64,000 bases of DNA from Ministeria vibrans ATCC 50519 (GCA_943704425.1 CALSCP010002679.1:1-64000); one strand, 5' to 3'; positions 1-11,999 are shown, counted from the first letter of the stretch. The notes: generated by a model from the letters alone, not told the origin. Translations and numbers: made by a program.

Positions 1-2
1 TC

Positions 3-1589
3 CGCACCACACGCGCCACAGTCGTACCCAGGTATCTCAACGTACGCCAGGTTGTCACGGTGCATCTCCCGAATAAGCACCGCCAGTGCTGTTGGCACAC
101 CCAGCGCCACAAGAGCGGGCGCAATCGTCTCATGACGGATGCGGTCAAAGCACTTAGCAATGTCAAACGTGGCCACCACCGCTGTTCCCGTCAAATCAAC
201 AAGAGTGTCCACTGTGTCCAGAAGGGCCGAGGTAAGAGTGCCAACGCCGGAACCCTCCAACCCTGGGCTCACTGAGGTTCGCGAGTGCAGTCGTCCCGCC
301 CGCTCGATCGCATCCATTGACATTTCCTTCACACACTTCTCCACTATCTTCCCAATCGTACCCAGCATCGACACCGAGCGCTGATTTCCCAAATCATTGG
401 CCGCAGCGTTGCAATCCTTGGTCACCAATGCCAGTCGAGCAAGCTTGGCACGCGATGGTGCTCGACGCAGTCGAACACAACTGCGTACCAGCTCTGTCAT
501 TGCTGATACAAACGCTGGGCATTCCTCCCGTCCATCTTGAAACCACTCAAAGACAACTCCATCGTCGCCAGGAGACTTGTCTCTTTTCAGACTCTGAATC
601 ACCCGGCTCGTTGCATTGTCGTCCCATCTGCTTGCTTGCAAACCGATTCCCTCCAACTCGTCATCACGGGCAGTGCGCTCGTCTTCCGCATATACGTCCT
701 CTTCACAGCATCCGTATATCTCGCGCACCCTAGCCGAGTCGAGGCGGTCCAATTCTTCACCAACCTGGTCTTCCTGCGGCACACGTCGCCTTGGTGCTGC
801 ATACAGTGCCGAAAAATGCCGCCGAACCGCCTCCACGACCTCTGGCTCACCACACACCGTACTGGCCTCGGTTTTCCCCGGCATTGCAGGTACCGTCACC
901 GTGTCGAAAGCGCCCGCCGCACGTTCCTTACGATTGCCCCTACTGCGAATCATGCCAAAGAATAGCTTTGCATGGTGTCTCGCTGCGTGCCCAAGAAACA
1001 AACGATATCGCTGACGTCGCAGTCGGACCAGCCTGCGGCTCACTTCACTCAATTCCGACTTAGCCTGCGACACTGCCTGCCTCACTTGCGAGTTGATGAC
1101 AACCTGTTCCGCAAACCCCACGCAAGGCGCGGATACTCCAACCGCATGCTGTTCAACCGTGGCTGGTCTCTCCGCCCCATGACTGATAGCCATTTCGTCA
1201 GCTTGGGATCGCAAACGTCGTTCCGCCTGTGCCTCCTCGGCTCGCACACTCGCTCTGCATTTGCGGAATGCAGCTCGAGCCCATTGTTCGGCCGTATTCA
1301 CCGCCCGCCATCGTCTTGCGTCTCTCACAGACTCAACACACCCTTCATTGGTGGGGCGGCGCGCCTCGCCATGGCACCCTGCCGCTGTTCCTACCCCTCC
1401 AGTGCTCTTCTTCTTCTCCACCCAAGTGGGTGCCCACGCCTCCTTCGCAGCCAGCATTAAGGATGACACCAGTCTGTCAGCCACACTGTCAACAGCCAGT
1501 TGACCCCTGGACCTCACAGGCACGGGTGCGCCGTCATCGTGTCCTGGTGCCGCCCTCCTTGCTTCTAGCAACACTGGCTCAATTTCCAT
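3..1589 (-). mobile_element. Non-LTR retrotransposon reverse transcriptase ORF; open to the left window edge, so absent from the ORF track
   Basis: Manual minus-strand translation from ATG 1589 is stop-free: MEIEPVLL...EVVEAVRRHFSALYA...LKRDKSPGDDG...GNQRSVSMLGTIGKIVEKCV...VATFDIAKCFDRIRH. These match the non-LTR RT motifs KSPGxDG, NxRxISL..K..EK and DxxKAFD. Confidence 0.9.
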
Positions 1590-1959
1590 TATGATCCTGC
1601 AAATCTAGACCGGCAGTAGCACCAGCCCTATCAACAGGCACCTGATTGGCCGCTCCGGCATCCGCGCGCTCCACTCGACGGTCCCGGCCATCGCAACCCA
1701 AGCGAATGCACACGCCACTGATTGGCGTCGACCCCAGTAACGCACACCAGTCCCAACGCATTGCCAGCTCTGCCAAATACTCATTGTTCCCTTCCATATT
1801 GCCACGCAAACGCTCAAGACCACCGCGAGCAATCCCATCAGCACGCTCGTTCCACTCCTCCTCACGCGTCCGAACACGATCCGTCACATGTGCCTTGACG
1901 TGCAAAACCTCCGTCTTGGCGTGAAACTCTTCGCGCACCAACAAAACGTCACAGAGCAG
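1579..1959 (-). mobile_element. 5'-truncated RNase H domain belonging to the same retroelement, upstream of RT
   Basis: LLCDVLLVREEFHAKTEVLHVKAHVTDR...EEEWNERADGIARGG matches the RNase HI C-terminal motif (HVKAH...NExADxLA). Its final codons overlap the RT ORF start (cataATGGAAATTGA, +1 frame). It is cut off at the telomeric repeat at 1960. Confidence 0.75.
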
Positions 1960-1981
1960 AACCCTAACCCTAACCCTAACC
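1960..1981 (+). repeat. Interstitial telomeric repeat (CCCTAA)~3.7
   Basis: aaccctaaccctaaccctaacc read directly. Confidence 0.95.
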
Positions 1982-2206
1982 GAGACATGAACTTTACGAT
2001 TGTATTCAGACGTTTAACACATACTCAAGCAGCTTATGGGGCCCACTCGGAATACATCGCGATCCTCAACACACACATCAAACACAAAAACACACAAGAG
2101 GATACTACAAGCAACACCAAAGAACAAAATACTGCCAAAACAGCACACATAACATCAAAAACAAACAATCACAAACACCAAGAAAACAACACAATCACAC
2201 ACAAAA
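1982..2206. mobile_element. ~225-bp strand-biased (A/C-rich on +) segment bracketed by telomeric repeats; probable truncated retroelement end
   Basis: Flanked on both sides by the same 22-bp AACCCTAACCCTAACCCTAACC; no credible ORF. Confidence 0.5.
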
Positions 2207-2230
2207 AACCCTAACCCTAACCCTAACCCT
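2207..2230 (+). repeat. Interstitial telomeric repeat (CCCTAA)4
   Basis: aaccctaaccctaaccctaaccct read directly. Confidence 0.95.
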
Positions 2231-2546
2231 GAATTAGCAGGTTGTGACATTTCCTTATAATTATCTTATAATTAGATTAAATCTTGATCAGTTCATACCA
2301 GTAAAAGGTCTTTCTCTGCACCGGTTGACTAGTGCGCAGTCTCACTTCAAGCTCACTTCTGTCTCACTTCCAGGCTCGCAACCAATTCCGAAAAACTGGA
2401 TCTCCCTTCTCTCCTTTCGGAACGTCTCCATCCCCCTTCTCTCCTTGGCAAGTCTCATCTCCATCACTAGCACACTAGTAGTGCGCCACTCGCCACTCTT
2501 CCCGCCGCCCGCAGACGACGAGCTCCGCAACTTTCTCACGGACTCT

Positions 2547-2965
2547 TCACGGACGGAGCATTTTTCGAAGAGTGGGTCCTGGCACAAGCAGGCTCACCCG
2601 TTCATCGTCAGCCACAAAGTGCGGCCCACACTCGCATAGAGCGTGCAGCTGGAACGTTGTCTTGCCCCACGCTTGAAAGTCGCGCCACTTGTTCGTTGGG
2701 TCTGCAGGCACAAGCGCAAACAGACGTGGCTCTCGTGCATACACCACCTCCATCACCAGCTTCAGTGTCGCACTCATCTGTGTTGCCATGTGCTCCTCTG
2801 CATCTCTCACTGCGATCCGAGTCTCCTCTTCCTCGCTCATCACCAGCTGCTCTACCCGCGTCAGGTGTGTCTCCACAGACTCTCCAGATGCACCATGCCC
2901 TGCAGTTCCCCTGCAGCGGCGCCTTCTCAACGCTCACCGCCAGCTTGCGCTCCAGCATCGCCATT
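2547..2965 (-). pseudogene. Decayed fragment of a ROCO C-terminal (post-COR) domain
   Basis: EPRLFALVP...WGKTTFQLHALCECGPH parallels TPRLLFL...DRFYLHVCCEFEGGAH in the neighbouring ROCO protein; there is a frameshift near 2930 and an early stop. Confidence 0.6.
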
Positions 2966-3358
2966 GTCGTGCGTCCTGTACCGCCACGTAAATTATATGT
3001 AGACGTTCGAGCGAGTAGAATTTGGTGTAACCCATTAGGGTTAGTTTTTGTACTTTGTGGCACCGCTCACGATAAAAAAAAATTCCTGTGAAAAAGTTTT
3101 GGCGAATTTTTTAAAAGTAGTTGAGATCAAATATTTTTGATCAACTAATTCTAATAAATAAAAAATTTAATATAATAATTATTTACAATTAATATTATTT
3201 ACAATCAACAGTATCAATCTTGTTGCTAGTGGTGGCTCACGTGCTCTCGCACCCTTCTTCAGCGGCTCGTTTGCGATCACGATTCCCATCTTCGGAATCT
3301 CTCTCTGTCTCTCTGTCTCTCTGTCTCTCTGTCTCTCTCTCTCTTCAAAAAATCGCCC

Positions 3359-6300
3359 TCAATGGTTGGGGGTTGAGAGCAGTGATGCTTCACACTCTTT
3401 TGTGTGCTTGCTGCAGAGAAACACAGTGCGTCCGTCCCTCCACACACACTTGTTGAGTCCCCACTGAGTCGTGTCACTGTCCTTTGCGTCCAGTGAGAGC
3501 AGCATCTTTTCGTACTCGCGGTCGTCGACGGTGTCCACTCCCTCTCTTGTGTTCGTCTCAAAGTCCACGCAGCCGGCATCGACGTCACGCAGCATGCCTG
3601 CCGCTTCATGGAGCGCTACATGGCCACGGACCGTTTTATACAGTTAATATTCAAGTCCGCTTAATCAGACTTACCGTGACACTTTGAGTCGTCATCTGTG
3701 AGCGTCGAGGCACCATCACAAACAAGGTCAACTGCCTTCCCTGCCGCCATCCCTGCTACCGGGCCTCCATACGCCGTGGCCGCTGTCTTGACTGCCGTGG
3801 ATGCAGCACTGGCGGCAATGGGCATGATCCAGTCTGACACCCACTTCGTTTTGGCTTTCACCTTCTCCACCATCTTCTTGTTGAAGCGCACTTTGTACTC
3901 GCGCACACAGTGGGCTCCTCCCTCAAACTCGCAGCACACATGCAGGTAGAAGCGATCAGTGACAAGGCGCTTGAACACGCTCTCAAGCCGACTGACCGCA
4001 TCCACCTGATCCACTCCTTTGCACTTGGTGTTTTTGCCCGTCAGGAACAGCAGGCGCGGCGTGGGCGAGGGTCCACGCAGCAGCAGACGCTGTAACACCA
4101 ACACAATGTCGTCTATGCGTTGCATCAGAGTCGTTGTCTCGCGTGTCGACAGGGTTGTGCTCTCATCCGAAATTGTTGCGATAAACGCACTCTGTGCATT
4201 CCGCAGGAGGTTTTCTCGCGTGAGCTTGGTGCCTTGTTCAAGCACAGCAACCCGACCGTAGAGGAGCTCGCTGAGGTCGATGTCCATGACGCACTTTGGG
4301 CACTCTTTTGCCGTTTTGCCCATTTCCAACGACACAGCCACAGACTTCAAGCTGAGGAAGCACGTCTGCGTCACTGCCTCGTCCGCCACAGGTGGGCACT
4401 TGTCACTGATGCAGTGCACCCACAACTCTAAAGTCAGCCCCTTGAAACGCTCCGCCACCAGATGCTCCAGCGTGTCCAGCACATCCTGACCCAGTGCCCA
4501 TGGGCTGCGTCCGCGCACATCCACATACAAAAACGTCTCCTTCGCGTACACAAACCCATGCGAACCAGTTCTGCGGTCCGTCACCACAATGCCTGTGCGG
4601 TAGAGCAGCTGCACCGAGTCATGGTCGTGGGCTGCACACATGCCACGCAGACGCACAGTCAGGAGCGAGAACAGACCCTCAGGCAGAAACGAGAGATGGA
4701 CTCGGTACACACGCTGCGCATCATCAGCTGCGAGTGGAGCCTTGAGAGCCTCCCTGAACGAGTCTGGTCGAGAGGCAGGCAGAAGAGCTGGTACAAGCCA
4801 ACGCTGCTGGTGGACACCGTCAACCTGCTCCTGGTAGGCATGCAGCATAATCTCGTATTCTTGCAGCAGAACGAGCACATCAGTCTGCTGCTCAGATGTC
4901 AACTCAGCCCAGCCTGGCAGCTTGCGTAGTGTCTCCTCCTTCACAATGCCATGACGCGCATCCAACAGAGTACGAGCCACTGTCTGCACTGTCACCACCT
5001 CAGCAAACCGGTCATGCAGCCACTGTGGGTTGATGATGATGTAGAGTCGCTCGCCGCGCGTGAACCGCACAATCACCCCCCAAGTGTGTAGTGTGCTCAA
5101 CATCTGCGACATCAGATCAGCTTTCACGCCACAACTGCGCGCGATTTCTTCCAGCTTGTCCACCGCAACAGGTCCCTTGTGACGGTACTCGTCCCGCATC
5201 CCATGCAGCTTGTCTGCGACGGCGAGCCAGTCGGCAGGGTAGAGAGCTCCAAAGAGAGGGAGCGACTGCAGCTCGCCAAGGAGCAGCGTCCTGAAGTCGT
5301 CCACATGCTCGCCACTTTTGCTGCTCACCCAGATCTGCTCTGGATTCACGTGTAGCGTCGCGATACTCTCCGGGAGTCCATGCACGTTGGTGGCGATGAT
5401 GGTCAGGGGCTCTCCGACAGCCTCATCGCTGCGAGTGGCCACGACTATGACCCGCGAATGAGGCACCCGAGCGGAGAGCTGTGCGAGCCAGCGGGTGGCG
5501 TCATCTTGGCTGCGCTCGCGACCACGCCACACAATGACATTGACGCAGCGGTCGCTCATGAAAAATTGGTGCGAATTGAGGTAGATTTCCTGTCCGCCAA
5601 AGTCCCAAATGCTTATGGACGAGTTGGACATGGGATCGTCGTCAGAGGAGGTCGCGGGTGACCACAGAACGACTTGGATGCCGTTGGTCATTGGGTCGTC
5701 GGTGAGGCCGTTTGAGGGTGAGCGGAGTCGGGCAATGAGGGATGTCTTGCCGACACCACCAGCACCCATGATGAGAGCCTTGGCACGACGAGCGGGAAGG
5801 GCTGTGTTCGCGTTGGCATGGCGCAGAAACAGGGCAGTCTCTTGTGGGGCAAGAGATGCGACCTCGGGGGGTGGGTAGAGGAGTTTGGGGTTATTGGACA
5901 AGCAGCAAGAAAATAGTTCCGTGAGCTGGCCGAGCTCCGGGGGCACCGCGGTCAGTTGGTTGGAGGAGAGGTTGAGTTCCTCAAGCGCCGTGAGCTGGCC
6001 GAGCTCCGGGGGCACGGCGGTCAGTTGGTTGGAGGAGAGGTTGAGTGTCTGGAGCGTCGTGAGCAGGCCGAGCTCCGGGGGCACCGCGGTCAGTTGGTTG
6101 GAGGAGAGGTTGAGTGTCTGGAGCGTCGTGAGCAGGCCGAGCTCCGGGGGCACCGCGGTCAGTTGGTTGGAGGAGAGGTTGAGGTTTGAAAGCATCGTGA
6201 GTTCACGGAGCTCACGAAGAATCGTGGTCAGTTGGTTGTGGGAAGCATCAAGTTCTGTAAGCTGTATGAGTCGCCTAAGCTCGACCGGCAGTGTGCGTAG

Positions 6301-7854
6301 TTGGTTGTGAGAGAGGTCGAGATAAGTCAAAATTTCTAGCTGAGTCGAGAGTGTTCGTAGTTGGTTGTGAGAGGGGTCGAGTGAAGTCAAATTCTCCAGC
6401 TGAGCCGAGAATGTGGACAGCTCGTTGTGAGAGAGGTCGAGATAAGTCAAATTTCCCAGCTGCGCCGAGAATGTGGACAGTTGGTTGTGAGAGAGGTCGA
6501 GTGAAGTCAAATTCTCCAGCTGAGCCGAGAATGTGGACAGCTCGTTGTGAGAGAGGTCGAGATAAGTCAAATTTCCCAGCTGCGCCGAGAATGTGGACAG
6601 TTGGTTGCCGGAAAGATCGAGCAGGGTAAGCTGCCCAAACGTCTCCAACGAAGGAATCATGCAGAGCTGGTTGCCGGACAGATCGAGCTGAGTGAGCTCG
6701 GTGAGTCGCTGTAGCTCGGGCGGAAAGGCAGAAAGTCGTCCCAGCTCAGGGTGTGTGGGACGCTCACAATAGCGGGAGTGGCAGTGCATGCGAGATAGGG
6801 GATGTGTAATTTCCAATTTCCTAGTGTTGCGCGTGCGTGGAAGGGAGTGATCTAACTTGAATACGCCGTGCAGGATTGAGAATGTGGTGTTTCCACAGAC
6901 GTTAAGTACTTTCAACTTGACTAACTCGCTCAGTTCGGCTGGAAGTGTGACGAGTGAGTTCACACTGAGGTCAAGCACGGTGAGCTCCGTGAGGTTTCCC
7001 AGCTCGGGCGGGAGTGCGACGACTTGGTTACCGGAGATATTAAGTTCAGTGAGATGTACAAGTTGACCCAGCTCAGAAGGGAATGTTTCCAGTTGGGTGT
7101 ACGAGAGACTCAGCCGGAAGAGGTTCTTGAGCTCCCAATACTTGGTCGGGAGCGTGGACTTGTTCAGGTTCAACAGAAGGTTCATCGTCAGATCGAGATG
7201 TGTGAGCTGCTTGAGTGCTCCCAACGGGATCGGGAGTGTGGACAGCTCGTTGAAGGCGAGGATGAGATGAGTGAGCTGCGTGAGTTGCAGCAGCTTGTCC
7301 GGAAGTGTGGACAGTTCGTTGTGGGCGAGGTTGAGATGAGTGAGCTGTGTGAGATGCAGCAGATTGTCTGGAATTACGAGCAGTCTGTTGTAGGAGAGGT
7401 TGAGATGAGTGAGCTGCTTGAGTTGCACCATCTTGTCTGGGAACGTGAAATTGATATCAAAAGGAGTGGATCCCTCCAATGCAGAGCGCAGATGTGAGTG
7501 TGTCGCGAGAGGGTATAGATAGTTGTGAGATAAATCGAGTTTAGTGAGCCGGACGAGGTCCCAAACCTCCAATGGAAGTGTAGAAAGTTGGTTGTAGGAT
7601 AGATTGAGAGCGGTGAGTGACACGAGTTGCCCCAGCTGTGGCGGGAGTGAAGATAAGCCATTGCCAGAAAGGTCAAGGCTGGTAAGCTGACCCAGCTGGG
7701 GAACGGCCCAAAGCTCTGGGATGAGTGTGGACAATTGGCGACCAGGTAGCCTGAACCCGGCGGGCTGTATTTTTGGAAGTTCGAAGTTGGAGAGGTCGAG
7801 CGTCTGATTCCTACTGTTTGCACACTCCTGCAGTCGCTCTTGCAATTCCGACAT
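3359..7854 (-). CDS. ROCO protein: LRR-Roc GTPase-COR with a C-terminal helical/Cys-His domain and no kinase. Exons 7854-3675 and 3615-3359, ~1478 aa
   Basis: More than 20 LxxLDLSxNxL repeats; Roc motifs GAGGVGKTS, WDFGGQE, VATRSD; COR motifs LHTWGVI, IINPQWL, VPALLP. The intron 3674-3616 (GTAAGT..TAG) joins in frame to ...WGLNKCVWRDGRTVFLCSKH...PNH*. The probable start MSELQERL follows a pyrimidine-rich CAG acceptor at 7864. Confidence 0.92.
5921..6184 (-). repeat. Near-perfect 69-bp tandem repeat (~4 units) encoding 23-aa LRRs
   Basis: Units start at 5921, 5990, 6059 and 6128 and encode LNLSSNQLTAVPPELG. Confidence 0.95.
6301..6606 (-). repeat. 60-bp LRR units in a duplicated 120-bp A/B dimer, encoding 20-aa LRRs
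   Basis: 6421-6480 is identical to 6541-6600; 6361-6420 differs from 6481-6540 by one base; 6301-6360 is a mosaic unit. Confidence 0.95.
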
Positions 7855-9592
7855 TTCTATGGACTGAACAAAGAACGACAAAAAAAAAAACACACAAAAC
7901 CCCATATCATCAAGCGCGGAATCCACCGCTAGGGTGAGGCGGGTGAGTAAGCCTATGACCCCAGCTCTCAAGTTTGTCAAGACCACAAGATTCGTTGCGG
8001 TCATCCACACTAATGGTTCTGCGAATAAGTAAGCGAGAACGACCACCACGTAAACGTCTCACACCCTGCGACCACGTACTTTGCACCGGTGATAACACAC
8101 ACCAGCCATACACCATTTGTGCACCACGGCAGGTGATGGCGGGCGCTGTCGATTGAATGTCAAACAAAAAAAAAAAAACGGCTCCACAAAATCCCTTGCC
8201 CAAATACCATGCTGTGCACACCGGTGGTATCCTATACCAGCCACACAACATTCGCGCACGGCAAGCGGCCGCAAGGCAGGCGCGGGGAAGATATTTCATC
8301 AACACTCGAACGCGAAGTACCCCATTTCGCAATTCGCATCCCATCACACGTGTAATATGTATACAGCCCCTGCACCCCTTGGCGAAAGAAAAAAAGGTCT
8401 TACTTTTTTGAAGTTGGTATAGAAAAAGTGTTAAGTGATCAGTGAACGTACTCAACTTAGTGAACTGTGAAGTCACCGCCGATCAACGTTCCAGTGGCTA
8501 GTCTCTCGTCATTTGTTATTGTGTTCTAAGGGTGGCCAAAACCACATACCCACTCTTGTAGTGAGGTCGAGAAACGATATGATGGTATTCACTCGACCGG
8601 CGAGCGCAAAGCGAAGAGCCAAAACGCCACAAAGTCTCACTCACTCACTCACTCACTCACCGCCCGCCCTCACACCCAAAATGCCCATTTAAGACGCTGA
8701 ACTGGAAGAACAGCGGCGCTATTTTGAGTCGATTAAGAGCAAAGCCATTGATCGACACGACGAATCTGGACTTTTGATTTTTGTTTCTTTGTTTGTTGGT
8801 TTGTTGTGTGTATCTGTGTTGGACTAGTAGTCCCACACGGACGGCTCGACCAGAGAGAGAGAATAAAGATCGTGAGAAACTTCTTTGTCAAAATTTGCCA
8901 GTTAGGGGAGCCCAAACACAGAATACACAATGAGACAGCTTCTTTGTCGAAATTCAGCAGTGCAGCCAAGCAACTGGGTGAGTGAGCGAGTGACGTGCCA
9001 CTCTGTCTCTCCTACACAACTTGAGTCTGCCAGGCGTTTTTGTTGGAATGGTTTTTGGGGAGTACACAAGCCCAGATTCGCCCAGATTCGCATCCTCATT
9101 GCTCCACGAAACGCTTGAACACTGCCGTGACTGTGCAGAGAGAGGCTCGCAAACGATTGGAACCCGAAGGCAAGAAAACTGAAAAACTGAAAAGTGAAAA
9201 AGGGTTGGAGGGTTGGTTAGATTGAACTGATAATCACTCACTGCGGAGTCAAAGATCAGCTTTTGTGGGTCAGCAGCTCGATAAAGAACGATCCTACATT
9301 CCGCTGCCTTGACGATGGCGTCCTCAAACTCGTGTGCGACCAACCTGGCCTAGTAGGCTCGAACTAGCTAGGCTCTCGTTACCCACAAGGAGTGTGGGTG
9401 GAATTTGCGAAGCTTCTGCATGGTCTCCGCAAGAAGTACCAAGTGCCATCGCTCGAGCCTCGAGGAGATTTAGGGCATTGCTCGCGAGAGCAATCTTGTT
9501 GTCTGTGTAGAAGGAGTGGGGTTACGAAATACACAACAAGAAATACAATGCTTCCATATACAAATTCGATTAGTCATTAGACAAGGCGAGTT

Positions 9593-11324
9593 TTACAGAG
9601 AGGCAAGCAGCTTGATTAGGTAGTAAACGGGAACAAACACTCCGAAGCTGCCTATAATGTTGAGCTGGGCTTCCTTTAGTTGCGCGACACGGTTCTCGAG
9701 TTGCTTGAGACGGCGCTCGATTGGCAGAGGGCCGCACTCGATTAGCTTAGGGCTCTCGAGTTGCTCCAAAGCGTCCTCGAGCTGCTCGAGAGAGTTCTCG
9801 AGATTCTTGAGACGGCTCTCGAGTTGCTGGAGACGAACAGTCTCCTCGCCATCGTTGGCCGAGCCCTGCTGACTCTTCTTGTCATCATCATCGTTGACCG
9901 AGCCCTGCTGACTCTCCTCGTCATCATCATCGTTGGCCGAGCCCTGCTGAGAAAGCTCCATTTCCCGATCCATATCCGCGCGTTCTGCCTTGGTAATGAA
10001 CGTCGGGGAGTGCGATTGCGTTTGGGAGTATGAGCGCTTGCGAGATTGCTCTGGCTCGGTAGCCATGGGGTCGGTATAGAGGTGATGTGGGCTTGGGACG
10101 TTGGCCTGGCGCGGGTGCGCTCGTGAGGGGAGTGACGTCGACGTGGGCTGTTGCTCTTCCAGCGAAGTGTTGGGGGGTTGTGGCCAGCCGCCCTTGTTTG
10201 TTCCTTGAGCGAAGTACACACCCAAAATGCAGGGAGTGACAATGCTGAGATTGCGGTGAGTGAGCGTTTCACGGTTAAGGATGGATCGCGATATAGTAGA
10301 TTCGCACCAGACGGGGCTACCAGAGCCGCCCGATGCGTACGTGAAGTTGCCAAGAAGGCCTGGCGGAGGTGGAGTTGGGACGAGAGACAATCCCTCATAC
10401 TCCTTCTCAGTGAGTTGGGAGTCGAACTGAACAGCAAGCTTGTGCTGGCGAGAGGTGCATAGTTGAGGGAAGCACTCAGAAACGCGATATGTGCTCTTAT
10501 CAGGCAATGCGAAGCCAGTTAAATTCACGTTTCCCAGTGGTTGGATCTTCCGCTGCAGGTGGGTCTCTTGCGCGGAAGGGAACATGTGGGTATGCCCTGA
10601 GAGCGATGGCTTCGAGGGTAGAGGGACGTCGAGGTAGTAGAAGAACTTAGGGAGCGTGCGTACGCCCATATCGAGGCGAGAGAAGACGATGGCGCACAGG
10701 TCAATATGGTGCGGGTCAGAGTCAAGTACAACTACGGCACCTGGCCGCCGCAACTGATCTACACTGACAACGAGGTCGGCCTGTTGAGGGTTGTCGCTGC
10801 ATGGCTGGGAACAGGAAGGGTCGACGGCAAAATACGAGACGTTGAGTGTAGACATGCTGAGAGTCATATCAGTTGCCCACCTGCCGCCAAAAATCGCATG
10901 GCGGTTCGCGACGAGAACGAAGCTTTTCGTCACTTTACCGCTTCGAACACATGCGACATCAACATACGTCATGAACCCAGTACTGTTCATGCTGAAATTT
11001 TTCCCAGAGGAGAGTTTTCTATCTACACAAATAGACGTTGGAATTTTTTCGCGTTTTGTTGAATTGCGTGTACTTCGAGTCAAAAGAACACAGCTGCGGC
11101 GGACACGTTCGACAGGGGCCAAAGAACAAAGCTGGCGTTTAAACTCCAGGTCATCGTCATCGAAGACGCCAGTTTGTTTGTTGAAGAGCTTTTTCTCGTC
11201 AAAGGTAAAGACCCCCGCATCGATCTTTGTATTGTAACCTGAGAGACAAATCTACGAAAAATGGGTACTTAAAAGGCATTAAATATTGAAGGAAACGTAC
11301 CGCTTCGTCAACAGAATGTTCCAT
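9593..11324 (-). CDS. Trypsin-like (PA clan) serine protease with a large low-complexity/coiled-coil insertion. Exons 11324-11301 and 11251-9593, ~560 aa
   Basis: Candidate catalytic triad VANRHA (His), HIDLCAI (Asp), SGGSGSPV (Ser), followed by ILGVY and a terminal GSFGVFVPV strand. A 49-bp GTACGT..CGTAG intron restores the frame (MEHSVDEA|ICLSGYN). Confidence 0.7.
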
Positions 11325-11999
11325 CGCTGTAGTGTCAAAAGTATGGGAGAAAAGAAATGCGAAATCAGTATGCATATTACATTAGACTGAAGTTTTTCTA
11401 CAAGTAGCAGCAAGCAAAATCGCGCGCTACGCCTAATTCAACTCTCTTCTCCATCTCAGTTTCTACCATCATAATATCATAATCGCACTATACCATCTAT
11501 GACCCACGGCAGATCGCAGCAAGCAGCCATCATAAAAAATTTATCGAACGTTGCAAAATGGGAAAGAAAATGAAAGTAACCTAGGTAGCGAGAACGCCCG
11601 GCGTGCAACATTTCCACGTTTTACAGGCACGACGTTTGCGCTGTCGGCACCCCATATCACACTGCATTACTTGAGCAAGCGACACTGCGACAGACCGTGG
11701 CGAAAAGCAGCGGTTGTCAAACGTGAGGAAAGCGAAAAAGAACAAAAATGAAACAAGAGAGAGCACCCACCACGGAATATTACAACCCTCTCACACACTG
11801 CCGCTTGTATCAGATAGCCCCATAAGTCGACTGAATCAGTCTAGTCGTACGGCAGACCACAACAAGCAACGAGCTGTTGAAAACCTGACTGGGTGAATCA
11901 GCTCCAGAACCACACCCCACGCTGCCCAAAACAACCATACTCCCCCCTTTATGCAAAAGGGCGACTTACGTTTTGAAAATGAAAGAAATAAAGTAGTAG

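Noticed and set aside
3028-3147. TAACCC/GGGTTA inverted telomere-like hexamers and an imperfect TAGTTGA..TCAACTA hairpin
   Set aside because: Too short, and no partner terminus was found to define an element.
7855-8049. Hydrophobic N-terminal extension of the ROCO ORF
   Set aside because: It starts at a non-ATG codon and crosses a polypyrimidine tract and CAG acceptor, so it is probably intron or UTR.
8081-8264. Degenerate ~50-bp direct repeat upstream of ROCO
   Set aside because: Only two diverged copies, and no function can be supported.
8733-9343. Possible small spliced gene (FEDAIVKAAECRIVLY.., GTGAGT donor)
   Set aside because: No start or recognisable domain could be established.
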